This document shows positions 1 through 12,800 of a stretch of DNA of 64,000 bases, piece by piece; position 1 is the stretch's first letter, and every line of letters begins with the position of its first letter. The position numbers and the translations under genes are program-made. Location: NCBI GenBank assembly GCA_040954595.2, contig CM082584.2, forward strand, positions 5,150,110-5,214,109. The letters are read 5' to 3'. The notes under the pieces are model-generated. The model was given only the letters and a program-made list of their open reading frames with translations, was not told the origin of the DNA and made no database searches. This DNA is from Balanoglossus misakiensis (taxonomy: Eukaryota > Animalia > Hemichordata).

Positions 1-190
1 AGAAAGAATTTCATTTCATCTAGTTTGTATCACCAGCGCCATCAATAACCATTGGTATATCACCTATTTGATTAGGGTTTTAGCCCTATTAACATGCACC
101 GTGATTAGGCAAACATATTACTCAATTTTAAGCACCACCAACATTTGAACATGTTGCAAAGTGGAGCTTAAATACAGTACTGGTACTCAC

Positions 191-3100
191 CTTTGCAAAG
201 ACTTTGATGGTATACCCAAGTTGTTTGACTCTCACATCGATATCAGCATAGGCACCTAACATCTTGGTATTGTGCTGTGCGAGTGTGTTGTACAAACTGA
301 TATCTCCCTCCAGTTGACCTTTCCTCAAAGTGAATTTCACAATGGGTACTTTGGCAGTTGGGATTGGAACAACTCCATACAGACCGTGATATTTCTTGAT
401 CTTTCCTGCAAGTTGCTCAATGATTTCTGGGGCTGGCCTCTGCAATCCCTGTGCAAGAACCACATTGGATATTTGTGATTTACCACCACTACAAATGTTG
501 TCTGGTCAGATCAGACATGTGGTCTTTTATAAGTAAATGTGTAATTAGTGGTTGCTCAGATAGGTTCAAATGCTGCACCAGATTTTTTTTTACCAATGAA
601 CATATTTACGCTATTTATCATGGATTTGATGATTCCGATAGAAGGTGTCGTACATGTATTTGCCAACTCATCTGGATGACGAGTGTTAAACTCAGTTTAT
701 ATAGAGTTGACTGCTAAGCACAGTAAGTTGATGGAGACATCTAAATGAATCATTCACGCATACATTTACTCACCTCAGATGTCTCAATACCTTTGTACGT
801 CATACAGATATCCAAGTCACTATCATTGAATCCAAATCCATTCATGGAGGATCCAAATAGACACAGTTCAGCATCAGCTGTGGGCGCGAAATCAAATTAC
901 AGCAAATTTAGAAAAACCTTTGAAATGGATGTCAATAAAAAAGAATGCACAGCTTACTTTGTAAATTCTTTAAATTTCATGTTAGTTTCATACAGGCACA
1001 AACAACAAATCACACAGCAAGAAGTCTAGAAACTGATTTACAAAATGTATTATGTACAGAGCTCTCTTCTATAATAGTTATCATTTTTACCTCTTTTGAG
1101 GTCTTACCTTACCATGGAAAACAGGGAGTTAGGACTGAACCATTGTGGTGAAAGGGTTGAATGCTAAATGACTTACGATCAATCTGTTTCTGGATGAATT
1201 TCTCCAAGTCTCTCATGATGTCCTCTCTCATATTCACTTCTCTTTCACTTGGAGCGTGGATTGCTGTAATGCAGAACACGTTTGATCAGTCTTGGATACT
1301 TAGCCCAACTCTAATATTGTAATATGAGTTTTAAATATTGTTTTGCTCGGTGATATTGATCTGATTTGAATCGATTTGATCTAACGTACTTTGGATGATA
1401 AAAAATCACAAGAATCATGTGACTATCACTGTACTAGAAAAACATAGAAATGACAAAAAATGTATTTGCACTGTGATGATCCTAGAAGAAATAATCAGGA
1501 AAACATCAAAAAATACATCAACTGTCTGTAATCATTTGTTCCTTCTGATGAGATGAGCATACTATGTGACCTACTTAACATGCTTCGGCAAAGATGGTCA
1601 ATTCTTCTAATGTTATCTGCAGGTAACTTTGGTAGCTTTGGAAGATTTGGCACTCTGTCATCTGGACAGTTCTGTCAAAGTAAAAATGATAATATTATAT
1701 TACAGTAAAACCTATAATTGTATCTAAAATAAAACCTGCAGGAAAAGACAATTGAAAAAATAATTACCTGGAAACCATGACCTTCTCTCTTACAAGAGTT
1801 ACATACTATCATTGGTTTCTTTCCTCCGTTGGTTAAGATAATCTGATCGAAGACAAATTCCATCAGAGTATCATAATCCATCTCTTCCACAAATTCCTTG
1901 GTGTCTGTCTGCCTGGTGTCTGCACCTTCACCGCCATGCACATCTGTTTCATTGCCAACGATTTTATCCTTTCTGACACCATCATTATCAAAACCGGCAT
2001 CGTCATCACCATCATAGCCGCTTTCGCTCTGAGTCTCACTCTCAGATTCATCTTCGTCCTCGGCAATGTCTGCTACCACGGCAACATCGCTGTCCTCGGA
2101 AATAGTTTCGTACTCGTCATCCTCGCTATCCAAATCGCTGTGATTGGCTTCGATCTCTTCCAGTGTTTTATCCAACATGTCTTCAAGCAGCAACTGAATG
2201 ACATCGTCAGGCGTCGATTCATTGTTTACAACACTGCAACTGTCATCAGCAGCATCTCTCATCTCCCCACTATAGCCAGCTTCTTGTTCTTTTTGTTCAA
2301 AATCACCTGCAATGTCGTCTTTGGTCTGATCGATCGGACAACTCCCTGCATTGACCGGCGTCGTGTCTTTGTCAACTCTCAGCCTCGTCATGTCCTCTTC
2401 AAGTCCAGTCAATTGACAAGTACTGTTACTTTCCCCTGAGATGGCAGTGGTCTGGTCTTGAAGACAGGGCAGCGCGTGACCCTCCACTTGGGTTATGTCA
2501 CTGTCTGTATTCGCCGGCTGTTCAGTTAGCATGGAATCACGAGCGGCTTTGTCTCTGTCTTCACTTTCGCAGTGTTTGGATTCAAGAAGTTCATTTGATT
2601 GTGCAACATCATCGTCAGTTGTTTTTGCTGCGAGTTCAGTGGTTTCACTGGTAGCACCCTCTGTTGTAAATGACAGCGTTTTGGAATTCTCCTCATCAGC
2701 ATCGCCGCTGCGAATGTCCACCGAGTTGCTCGATTCAACATCAGCACTGGTATTCTTGACGCTGCCTTCTTCCCGGCCCACTCTCTCATCATTGTCAACA
2801 TCATCTGTCTGATCATCATCCTTGATGTTACGCTGAGCACTCTTTGTGGCGAGGCTATCATTCTCATCTGTTGTTTTATCTCCAATTTTGTCACTGATGG
2901 ACGCCTCTCTTGCAGAATCCCTTTCACAAACCGTATCGGCTTCTATGGTTTTAGCGCTTTCAGCATCCATCACTTTATCTTTCGTATCAGACGAAGCTCC
3001 CTCCTCCTTCACACGATCAATGACAGACTCGTTTCCACGGCTACCGTTGGAGACAATACTTGTCGTCTCTCCCTCACTGTTTTTGTCCTCACTGATGACC

Positions 3101-6100
3101 TGACTCGCACGCTGGTTATTGTGTGTTGTGTTATTTGCTGCCGTGGCGTGGGTAGCCCTGCCTCCACTCTGCATTTGTTCTTTATTGCTTGACAAGTTTG
3201 GAGTGCCAAAATACTTGACGCCGTCTTTCAATCGATCCATGATGTACTCAAACACAAGCTGGCTATTCACCGACCTGGCCAGGTTACGTTTTGGCATGTA
3301 CGGATCTGGTGAGGAAATGGATGAGATTGACATTCACAAGATAGGAGTGCTTTTCTGCATCTATGAATATTTTTTTCAGACAAACATCTAGAATTCATCA
3401 CAGAACCCATGAATTAAAACTCAACTATCAGCTATGATGAAATCAGGACACAAATAAAGCTAATTCACATCCAGTTGAGTATGTATGTTCACTGTGATTA
3501 ACCCTAACGCTGCCAAGTCAGTATGAACTGGTTTGATTTCCAGGGTGCCTAGAATCCTGGCTCCCAGGCCCATTAGGCTGCCAAGTGTGTGTTAATCAGT
3601 AGGGCCTATACAAGACCCTCAAACCAAATCAGTACAAACCAGTACGATTTGGTACATTTTTCGGGGGGCTCAGACTGCCAAGTGTGTCTAAGTCCGTATG
3701 AGAGCCCTGTCAAGACAGTCAAAATACGTTTTAGAAGAAAAAGTGGCAAATACGTATTTTAAGGGACTTGAGACTCTAAACAGATATGACCCCCGGTAGC
3801 AATAGGGTTAAACAGTTTGGGTAGAACAGAGATTTCATGTTGATGGCTTGCAGCTAGAAATCAATATGGTAGCCAGCTAACAGCAGGATTTGAAGACGAC
3901 AGCTTGTAATAGCCACCCACCTTCTACTGCAATCTTTTTTGTGCTCCATTTCTTAACCTCCTTTTTAAAAGGTGAAGACTGTTTGATACACACCACCAGG
4001 TCGGCCATCTTAAAGTTGAGTCCATAAAACTTGAACAAGTCAATCCAGAGTTCACCAACACTACAGTTATTTTGACATTTCCAGACAGTAGGCTGCAAGT
4101 GTGAAAGAAGAAATCTATTACCACCCTTATGTGTGTTCTCTATACAAACCTGTCCATATATTCTTCAATATTCTTCCATATCAATGAACAAGGTGACATT
4201 ATCAACAGATTCAGAATATAGAACTTAATTTTGTTTGATTGCATAAAAATCTACCTAAACAGTTTGTACAGGGTTTATACCCATTTAAAATTCCAGAACT
4301 TTCCTGGGGATGTTCATGTGGCTTTCCGGGAGTATTTGAGGTCACCAATGCTATTTCCCAGAAGTGATCATAACATTTTTTCCCAAAAGCAAGCAATTCC
4401 AGGATTTCCCTGGGAATCCTTACACATATACAGAGTTAAGAGTTGATATCAAATAGTCTAGTACTTCATAGAACATGTGACTTCCAACATCAGCTAGAAA
4501 ACTTACCAACTTTTCTAGGTCGTCATAGTAACTGCACACACTATCTTTTCCAAGCAGTTTGTTCTTTTCTGTTTCCCCCTCACGTAAAAGCTGACAATGA
4601 AAAACAATGCGGGAAATGAATTACAAAATGTAAACGAACAGATAATACATCTTACTTCTTCAATATCAAAATACAACACAAAGTTTTCCACTTCAAGACG
4701 ATCTATAAAATAGAAATTTGGAAAGAATGAAAGTACAGTCGAACCTGTCTATAGCGGCCAGTCAAGGGACTTGACCTAAACTGGCCTTTATAGAAACCAA
4801 TATTAGGATGCTCACAGCAAAGTGCAGTGCAAATCCATGAAATTCACATTTTATCCACTGTTTGTGGGTTGCATACACATGATACAAGATCCATCGCTCA
4901 AATACTGTAAAACGGGTTATTTTTGCGCCAGGAAATTTTCGTGATATCATAAGAAGCAAATGTTACGCGAGGATTAATTTTGGCGTTCTCGTATTTCACT
5001 AACTGCATCGTTAGCTCCGAAAAACATTTTACGTGACTTTTTATTTTCACATTTTTTGGGCTCTTGCATATTTCGCGAAAATAACCCGTTTTACAATACT
5101 GTACTTTCATTCCCCAAATTCGCAATGGGTGTATCCAGGGTGTTAAGCTCTATTGGGCTGGTACAGCTGTGTGCACATCTCTGCAGCAGCAAGAAATACC
5201 AGTGCTCTGAGGAAAAAACTTACCCCATGTAGTACCGGCAACACTGGCGGCTGACACTGTTGTAAGAAGTAGACGACCATCAGAGGTAACGTGTGCGGTG
5301 GCAGACTGCCTTCTAGTTGTTTGTCAATGTGGCACAGTTGAGCCCAATACCGAAAGGCTACCCCCAGGGTCTTCATGCGGGGATCAACCTTGGCGTATGT
5401 GGCGAGTAAGCCTGTTGTCTGTTGGCAGGCAGTTGTTTCTGTGTAACATAGCTTGCAATTCAACCCACTGCAATTAAACAGATACACAGTGTAGGCAATA
5501 TACTGTAAAACACTTTATTTTCGCGAGTTGAAATTTCCACGATATCGAGAGAGGCCACTGTTTCGCATTCTCTTATTTCATTCACTGCATCGTTATCTTC
5601 AAAAAAAATTACGCGACTTTTTATTTTCACGCTATTTTGGCTCTCGCGTATTTGGCGAAAATTAATTGCTCGCAAAAATTAAGTGTTTTACAGTATTTCC
5701 ACACTCCTGGCATGCTGTGAGTGTGGGATTAGAGTGTGAGAACAAATCAATCCCACACTCTCGCAGAATCAAAAGCTCTATATGAAGCGAGTGCTGATTG
5801 GTTGACAAAGCGATCTTTAATTAACTTGGGCTAAATGTTATCCAATGGCGCAATGTGTATTAATAGACAGACAAAAACTACAACATGCCAGATGACAGTC
5901 ATACAAGAATTCCAGGTTTCCCCTATTGAGCTTAACTGTCTGGAACCATTCATGGTAGCTATTCGTCGTAAGGGATTGTCACAAACAGGAAGAAGGACAT
6001 TCTATGCTACTGACCAATAGATGAAAATGACTTACGTTTTACCATCAATGAAATGTATTGTCGGTATCTTGATTGTGAATTCACTGATTACATCAATGTA

Positions 6101-8499
6101 ATCATCTGAAATAGATAGTACAAACAGACACAAACAATCAGCCAATTTCACCACCAAGTACTTTATTGACAAAATCAGACATCTACAGATAAAAAAAAAA
6201 TTGTTTTGTTTTTCTGTTTACTAGCATTCTATCCTTGCTCGAGGAATCAAGATGTAGATCTCAACAAATCTGAGAAAGCCTTGTGTTGGTATCAGCAATA
6301 TGATCTCTTCTACTCCCTTTTAAGTTTTAAACAAAAGACAGAAAAACATGAACCACAACTTACCACAGGATTTCAGAATATCAAGAATCTCTAGAAGAAC
6401 CTTGGATATCTGTAATTTCTTAGGAATGTTGACATCAATGTTGACGTCACTACCTTTCAAACCAAAACCATTGGCCGATGATCCATATAAACACAGCTGA
6501 CAATCTGAAAATACATGACATCAAATGACATGAGAGGGTGTAAGCTATGTACATGTAAAGTGTGAGACAATTATTCACTGATATTGCTCATATTTTATGG
6601 AAATGCAAGCCTATGCAATTCCCGTATGAATTCAACAGACTACATTTGGCCTGATTGAATGCATACACAGAATTGTCAGGGAAACCAAAATTAGTCAGAT
6701 CTTTGTTGAACTGAGCAGCTTGCATTCTATTACAATGTTCTAAATACAATTTAAAAAGACAAAGAACCCTAGCCAGCATCATCACAGATTCTGCATAACA
6801 CTGTCAGTGTCACGTCAAGTCACAAACTGTTAATTAATTTCTAGTAAGGCATGTTTACATTATCCAGCGGCCTCCTATGACTCCACCTACCTGGAATAGA
6901 TTGCTTCACTTTCTGGTTGAGTCGATCAATGAGCTCTTCTCTCATGTCTGTGTCCTGAGTTGTCAGCGCATGCTTGTGTTCAATGGATGCCAGGAGAACA
7001 TTCATGGCTTCAATGTGCGATTTGCTTGGGGCAGGGAGGTTGAGCAGAAACTGGTCCTCTTCCCAGGCCTTCAAATGGGACATGTAAAACCTTGTCAGTC
7101 AAATTGACTTTCTATTTTCAGTATCACACAAGTGTGAGCAGTGCTAAGACTGCCACATCCTAAGTAACTCTAGAAATTGTCAATGTCAGCCACGCATCTG
7201 TAATTTCCCCCAAGTTGTATTAATATGTGTGGATTGTCTATATGGATTTTAACATATTACAGTGTAGATAAGAACTGGGATTCAAGCTAGGTCAAATCTG
7301 AGCTAACCCAGGGACAGCCCGGATTCAGACCTCATTACACTACTTAAACAATAGCACAGACTACCGAAACAACAATGGTGGCAATTTTGTAACACTGGGC
7401 CAATTGCTACCGTACTGTACATGCAACATGAACAATTTTCTTGCATTGAAAAGATTTTAAATCTATCAGTGGTGCATCAAAATGGTTTCAAGGGCACATC
7501 GGCACAGTTGATGTATTTACCATACCTGTAGGAGTCTCTTGTGTTTTCTGTCCTTGATATGGCGTTGACACACAGCTACACTGTCACAATGATAGTCACA
7601 CACATCGCATCGATATTTCGCATCTGGAAACTTGGTGGATTTCTAGACCATCAAAATAAAAAAATTCATGAGAAACGTCAAATGAGGCAACTGCCATGTA
7701 ATGCAACAATTCAAGTGGTAACACACATTTTACAGTCAAACCTGTCTATAGTGGCCAGTCAAGGGACTTTACCAAACTGCTTCTTTTCAATACACATTAA
7801 TCAGTACTAACTACAAATTTTAAAATACGTTGGAAATGTACAAGTCTGATCAAATTTCAAGAACCTCACCTCCTTGAGTTGGAACACATGGTCTTTCTTC
7901 AACATTACCAACTGCGATTCTGTGGCATCACTTTCAACATGTCCTTCACCGGGATTACCTGCAGTGCCAGTCGTTCCATCGTGTGTATCCTGAATTCTCT
8001 GGGTGACGTTTTCTTTCTTTGGCGGCTGAACGCTCCTATTGTTATTGCCAGTGCTGCTGTTTGGTTTTTCCGTGGCAGAAGCTTGCTGATCTTTCTGCTG
8101 TTGATTCTTTTTCGGCCGTTTCCTTTTATCTTTCTTTTTCTGTAGAAGCTGCTGTGGATCTGATAATTCTCTGGCGGCCGTATCCCCACTCTGCCCCGAA
8201 CTACTTCCTTGTCTCTGTATGTTCACACCCCTTCCACCTGTCGAATCTGTTGCCTTTCCTCTCGGTTCGTGCCGAACTCTCCTTTGGGGAATCTCCGTCT
8301 GCTCAGCATTTCCGGGATTATTTACTTTCTTACCTGCCTTTTTACCCCTTTTCCGTTTGTTGCCAGGGTCACTTTGCCTTCCTGGAATTTCAATTACAAT
8401 GTTGTCAAACGCTGGATTGAAACCGGACACCACTTTACCACCGTATGCATCTTGCTCTCCTTTCTTATGCTTCACTTTATCAGGAGCCTCTGCCATCAT
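191..8499 (-). CDS. TUT4/7: Terminal uridylyltransferase TUT4/TUT7 (ZCCHC11/ZCCHC6) orthologue; multi-exon, 3' part continues beyond the window start
   Basis: GT-AG exons approx. 8499-7870 (MMAEAPDK), 7642-7526 (matrin-type zinc finger CDVCDYHC...HIKDRKH), 7068-6891, 6504-6363 (LYGSSANGFGLKGSDVNID, degenerate NTase 1), 6105-6036, 5466-5224, 4591-4508, 4095-3921, 3305-1768, 1673-1575 (completes CCHC knuckle CNSCKREGHGFQNC), 1264-1176, 888-773 (LFGSSMNGFGFNDSDLDIC, active NTase), 452-191 (AKVPIVKF...GDISLYNTLAQHNT). Domain order matches TUT4/7. Confidence 0.95.
3498..3811. mobile_element. piggyBac-type MITE, copy 1 (~314 bp)
   Basis: TTAA flanks, CCCT...AGGG termini with imperfect TIR; near-identical to 10502-10815. 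Confidence 0.85.
4903..5098. mobile_element. TA-flanked Tc1/mariner-like MITE (CTGTAAAAC termini)
   Basis: TACTGTAAAACGGGTTATTT...AAATAACCCGTTTTACAATA; family members at 5501-5695, 12600-12736, 28078-28300 and 37313-38128. Confidence 0.8.
5501..5695. mobile_element. CTGTAAAAC-family MITE
   Basis: TACTGTAAAACACTTTATTTTCGCGAG...AAGTGTTTTACAGTA. Confidence 0.8.
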
Positions 8500-9320
8500 G
8501 CAAATATTGTTCAGATGGAAATCTGTGAAAAATGGGAAAGAAAATCCCATGTTTAGAATATCTGCCAGTCCTTTTAATTTTATTTGGACTTTAGTACATG
8601 TACGTCTTGACAAAGAAAAAAACCCAGTCACTTTATGGTAGTTATATGTATACTCTGACCCAGCTTGTATGTGTTTGAGAAACATGTACTTGTCATTGAC
8701 ACATACTAACCAGTTCCCTAACACCTTAGAGAAAAAAATGCATTACAAGCAATGTCCTAACATCAAATTTCCCATGAAATTGCGCCGTTTTTAACATGTG
8801 ACAAAAGTCTAATGGATAAATGACATCACCAGTTTATTACTAGTAATAGTTGGGTGTTTACGCCGGGGCCGGCCTACTAGTGTATGTCATAGATAAAGAG
8901 GCCGGCCCCGTCACACAAATTTAACTGCCCATGTACATTGCGACTGTGGTGTACCACGGTCCCTCGTTGACCGGAATGTTGACCGTGCATGTAAACTGGA
9001 ACACAACACTGTTTAGTTCACGTGCCTTTAGTGATTTACGTTAAATTTTGTGTGACAGTTTAACAAGAATTGTTCAATGACTAGTCTAAAATCAGGCACT
9101 TGAGCCATTTCGAGGCAAATAGTTTCCTATTAAACACCTGTCCGGATCCTGCCAGACCACCCCTGATAGCTACTACATACTACATGTACGTGTATTACTA
9201 TCCGTACTCGAGTACTCGCAGTCGAAGGCAGCACTGTTTTTGAGTATCTGTCGCGCGCGGTTCCCTACCCAACGTTACGTTTTGCATGAACAACGGCTGA
9301 TAGAATAAGACAGATACTTA

Positions 9321-9450
9321 CCATGCGGTGTCGAATTACCACGCGGTATCGAATATTGGTGAAAATGTGTAGACACCAAGCGACAGCCCAGTTCTAGAAA
9401 TGATTAGCATTTGCGTTTTGAGTTCCATGAAATAATTTCTAACAAGGGCG
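9321..9450 (-). other. Probable 5' leader exon of TUT4/7
   Basis: Strong donor ATG|GTAAGTA at ~9321 in a CpG-rich region; matching acceptor (ttttcacag) just before 8522. Transcription start not defined. Confidence 0.6.
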
Positions 9451-9843
9451 CCATATTGGAAAATACAAGCATGCTGGGAAATTTGACTCGTTCAGATTCT
9501 TTTTTTTTATGAGTACCGTTTATCAAATACATGCAAGATCAGAAACGAAATTTACAATAAATAAATCAATTATTAAAATTTTGATAATATATGGAAAGTT
9601 TGTTATGACTATACATGTCAAGAACTAAAGCACTTGATACTTTGCTCGAAATGTGTGGAACGAGGTTGCAGTAGGACAGAGAGCGCTTGATCAATGTGTG
9701 GCGTCGTGAAAATGATTGCTTGACGCCAAACTTCAATATTTTGTGTCGATATCTGGGAAATTTGTACCTATTAATTCATTTGAACAGTGCATACATTGTT
9801 GTAGTTTTTCAGAGGTCCGATTTAATCGGAATCGGCGCCCAAA
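9400..9843. promoter_or_regulatory. Bidirectional promoter between TUT4/7 and SRSF11/SREK1
   Basis: Divergent first exons ~500 bp apart; YY1-like GCCATATT at ~9450 and ZNF143-like TTCCCAGCATGC (minus strand, 9469-9480). Confidence 0.55.
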
Positions 9844-12800
9844 ATGGGTGGCACAACACGAGTAATCCAAGTGACAAATGTGGCGCCGGGCGCAACGTTG
9901 GATCAAATGAAGACTTTGTTTGGGTTTCTGGGAGATATTGAAGACATCAAACTCTTTCCTGGGGAGTAAGTAGTACATCAGTATAGCCAGTAGCATTTCT
10001 CAATGACATGTCCACCAATATCAGCTAGTTGAGTGTTTTTTTTGTTTCTCTCTCTTTCAAAATTCAAGGAACGTAAAATGATCGCGTGGGTTTTACTTGA
10101 AAGTGGGGTGAAATTGACATGTGACTTCCAAGTTCCATGTGTAACAACTTCAAGCTTCGAGCACATGTATGTACCTTGCTGCAATGATTGCAGCACCCGC
10201 TACTGAATCATTGCAGCAAGTATGTACTGTCAGTGTGCATGTGCAGCAAAAACACGCACCCCATGCAAAAATGGTCACTCTAATTATTTCCATTCCCACA
10301 TGGCTTCAAATCAAGCTAAAATGTCTCATCCTTGAAAAGAGAATCGTTCCACGACACAGTGTTTTTGCTACAACAATTGAGGGACACAAGGATAATACAC
10401 TCAGCATACAGCTCTGAGCCTCCAGCATTTACCCGAAGGTTCAGCCTCAAACTGTCTGTTTCCTGCATCCTCAACTTAGTCAAGGAAACATTTGGGGTGA
10501 CTTAACCCTAACGCTGCCAAGTCAGTATGAACTGGTTTGATTTCCAGGGTGCCTAGAATCCGGGCTCCCAGGCCCGTTAGGCTGCCAAGTGTGTGTTATT
10601 CAGTAGGGCCTATACATGACCCTCAGACCAATACAGTACAAACCAGTACGATTTGGTACATTTTTCAGGGGGCTCAGACTGCCAAGTGTGTCCAAGTACG
10701 TATGAGAGCCATGTCAAGACAGTCAAAATACGTTTCAGAAGAAAAAGTGGCAAATACGTATTTTAAGGGACTTGACACTCTAACCAGATATGACCCCCGG
10801 TAGCAATAGGGTTAAAGCCCACTGGGAAGACATGGTTGCACACCTCACAGAATTTATGGTCTATGCATGTGCAATGTAATTAGACACATTGTTTTATTTC
10901 TTCGTTTGAACACATACACATACATAATTTCGAGGTAAACAGTTGTTGAAACTGTTACCCAGTCGTGTAACAGTTTGAAATCTGTTGACAGACAATGCTA
11001 AATTGTTTAATTGGTCAAAACAAAACTGATGCACATCATGTGACACTAATTTGACCTATCATAGCACAAAATGAAATGCATGCGTTACAATACAAGCAAA
11101 GTTGAAACCCTCGTCTTCATGACAAGTTGATCTGCTGGTCCGCCAGGGACCCCAGGTAAAAAGAACTGCAAACTTACTGGTAGTTTGCGATGATATATTG
11201 CCACACATCTGCAAACTCAACTGTTGCCTTGAATTACCTTCCCAATTATACAGCTCAACTGTAGCAGCAGTTTCATCATATTGAAACGTTTTCATGATCA
11301 TTGTGTATTGAGAAATGTCTGTAAAGAAACATACTCTTGTTCGATTTGTTGCAGGGATTCAATTGTTCCAGTAACTTCGAGGGTGTGCTTCGTGAAATAT
11401 GAAGATCCAACTTCGGTTGGTGTTGCTCAACATTTGACAAACACTGTGTTCATTGACCGAGCTCTCATCGTTGTTCCCTGTGGCGATGGTAAGTGCAGTC
11501 ATCAAGAAGACCGAAGCGCGAGTTGTGAATGCATTTCCATCCAACCCCCCAAAATTTGTAATTGAATAAAATATCATACAGCAATTTTAAATAAGGGCCA
11601 GGCCTGAGTCTTTACATGCCCTTATTTTGTGTACAACTCAATTGCTACACAACTTTCAATTTCCCCCAAGTCTATACATGCCCTTAATTTGTGTACTATA
11701 ACTCACTTGTTTCAGCGTCCATTTAAAATTTATAGTAAATTTGGGATGCAAGAGACACTCCAGCTACCTTGAAAAGAAGCAATCCTAATTACACATTGCA
11801 ACAGAACTGTAGTTGTTGTGTCAGTAGGTCTTATGCATAACACTGGATTTGTATATCTGCTGTTGCAGGCATTATTCCCGATGAGAACAAAGCGTTGGCA
11901 ATAGCGGCCCCTGCTAATGCAGTGGCCGGTCTGATGCCAACACCGTCTGGTGGGGGGCTATTACCAACGCCAGCGCCAGGAATACTCGGACAGGTAGGTG
12001 GGCTGTTACCAACTCCTGCACCAGGAATACTGGGACAGGTAGGCCTTCTCTATGTTTTCATTGTGTGTGTCACATCTGAAAGTGTCCCAAAGGTTGCCAT
12101 CTGTAACCAGTAATGAAGCGCCTGTCACTTGATGTTTTCTCTCAGTCTCAGTACTGACAGTTGTTAACACCATTTTGGATCGCGCACATTAGATTAATTA
12201 GAGTACTGTGCAATTTTGGAAAGGTAGTAGAATTTTACACTTTTTAAAGGTTTTAACTTTTATTTTCAATTTAGATATTCACATTTGGAGTTTCTTCAAA
12301 TGTGCATTTTTTTTTAATTTTCGGTTTATATTAACCCCCCTGACCCAAATAATTTTGAATTCCATTTCTATATTTTTCAATTGTAAGATCACTGTATGTG
12401 TGGATTTTATGCTGTTTGCATGTTAATTCCTTCCTTCCCTTCATGTGATATTTATTAGTAAACAGTTCATTGGTGTCTAACCCTGTTTGTCTCTCACACC
12501 AAATGCTCTGAACGTACTAACCATATTAAATATATGTGTGTATAGTACGGTACTTGTATTTTAGATGTAAGTCCCCCAATACCCTGTGTTATGTACATGT
12601 ACTGTAAAACAGTTATTTTCGCGAGTGATAAATTTTTCGTGAAATACGCAAGAGCCAAGAATTAATCCTCGCGCAACAGTTGCCTCTTTTTATATCGCGA
12701 ACATTTCCTGTCGTGAAAATAACCTGTTTTACAGTATTAGTTTATTTACATGTAATTGTTTGATTTGATTAGTGTCCCATTTCCAATGTCTCACTGTACA

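Noticed and set aside
6363-6504. Degenerate SDVNID catalytic motif suggesting a pseudogene
   Set aside because: The N-terminal NTase fold of TUT4/7 is normally inactive, and the second domain has an intact DLD.
8864-8909. 11-bp GC inverted repeat GGGGCCGGCCT/AGGCCGGCCCC in TUT intron 1
   Set aside because: Single short hairpin with no additional support.
10537-10803. 88-aa ORF in the piggyBac-type element
   Set aside because: Lies within a 314-bp MITE, starts at a non-ATG codon and has no transposase similarity.
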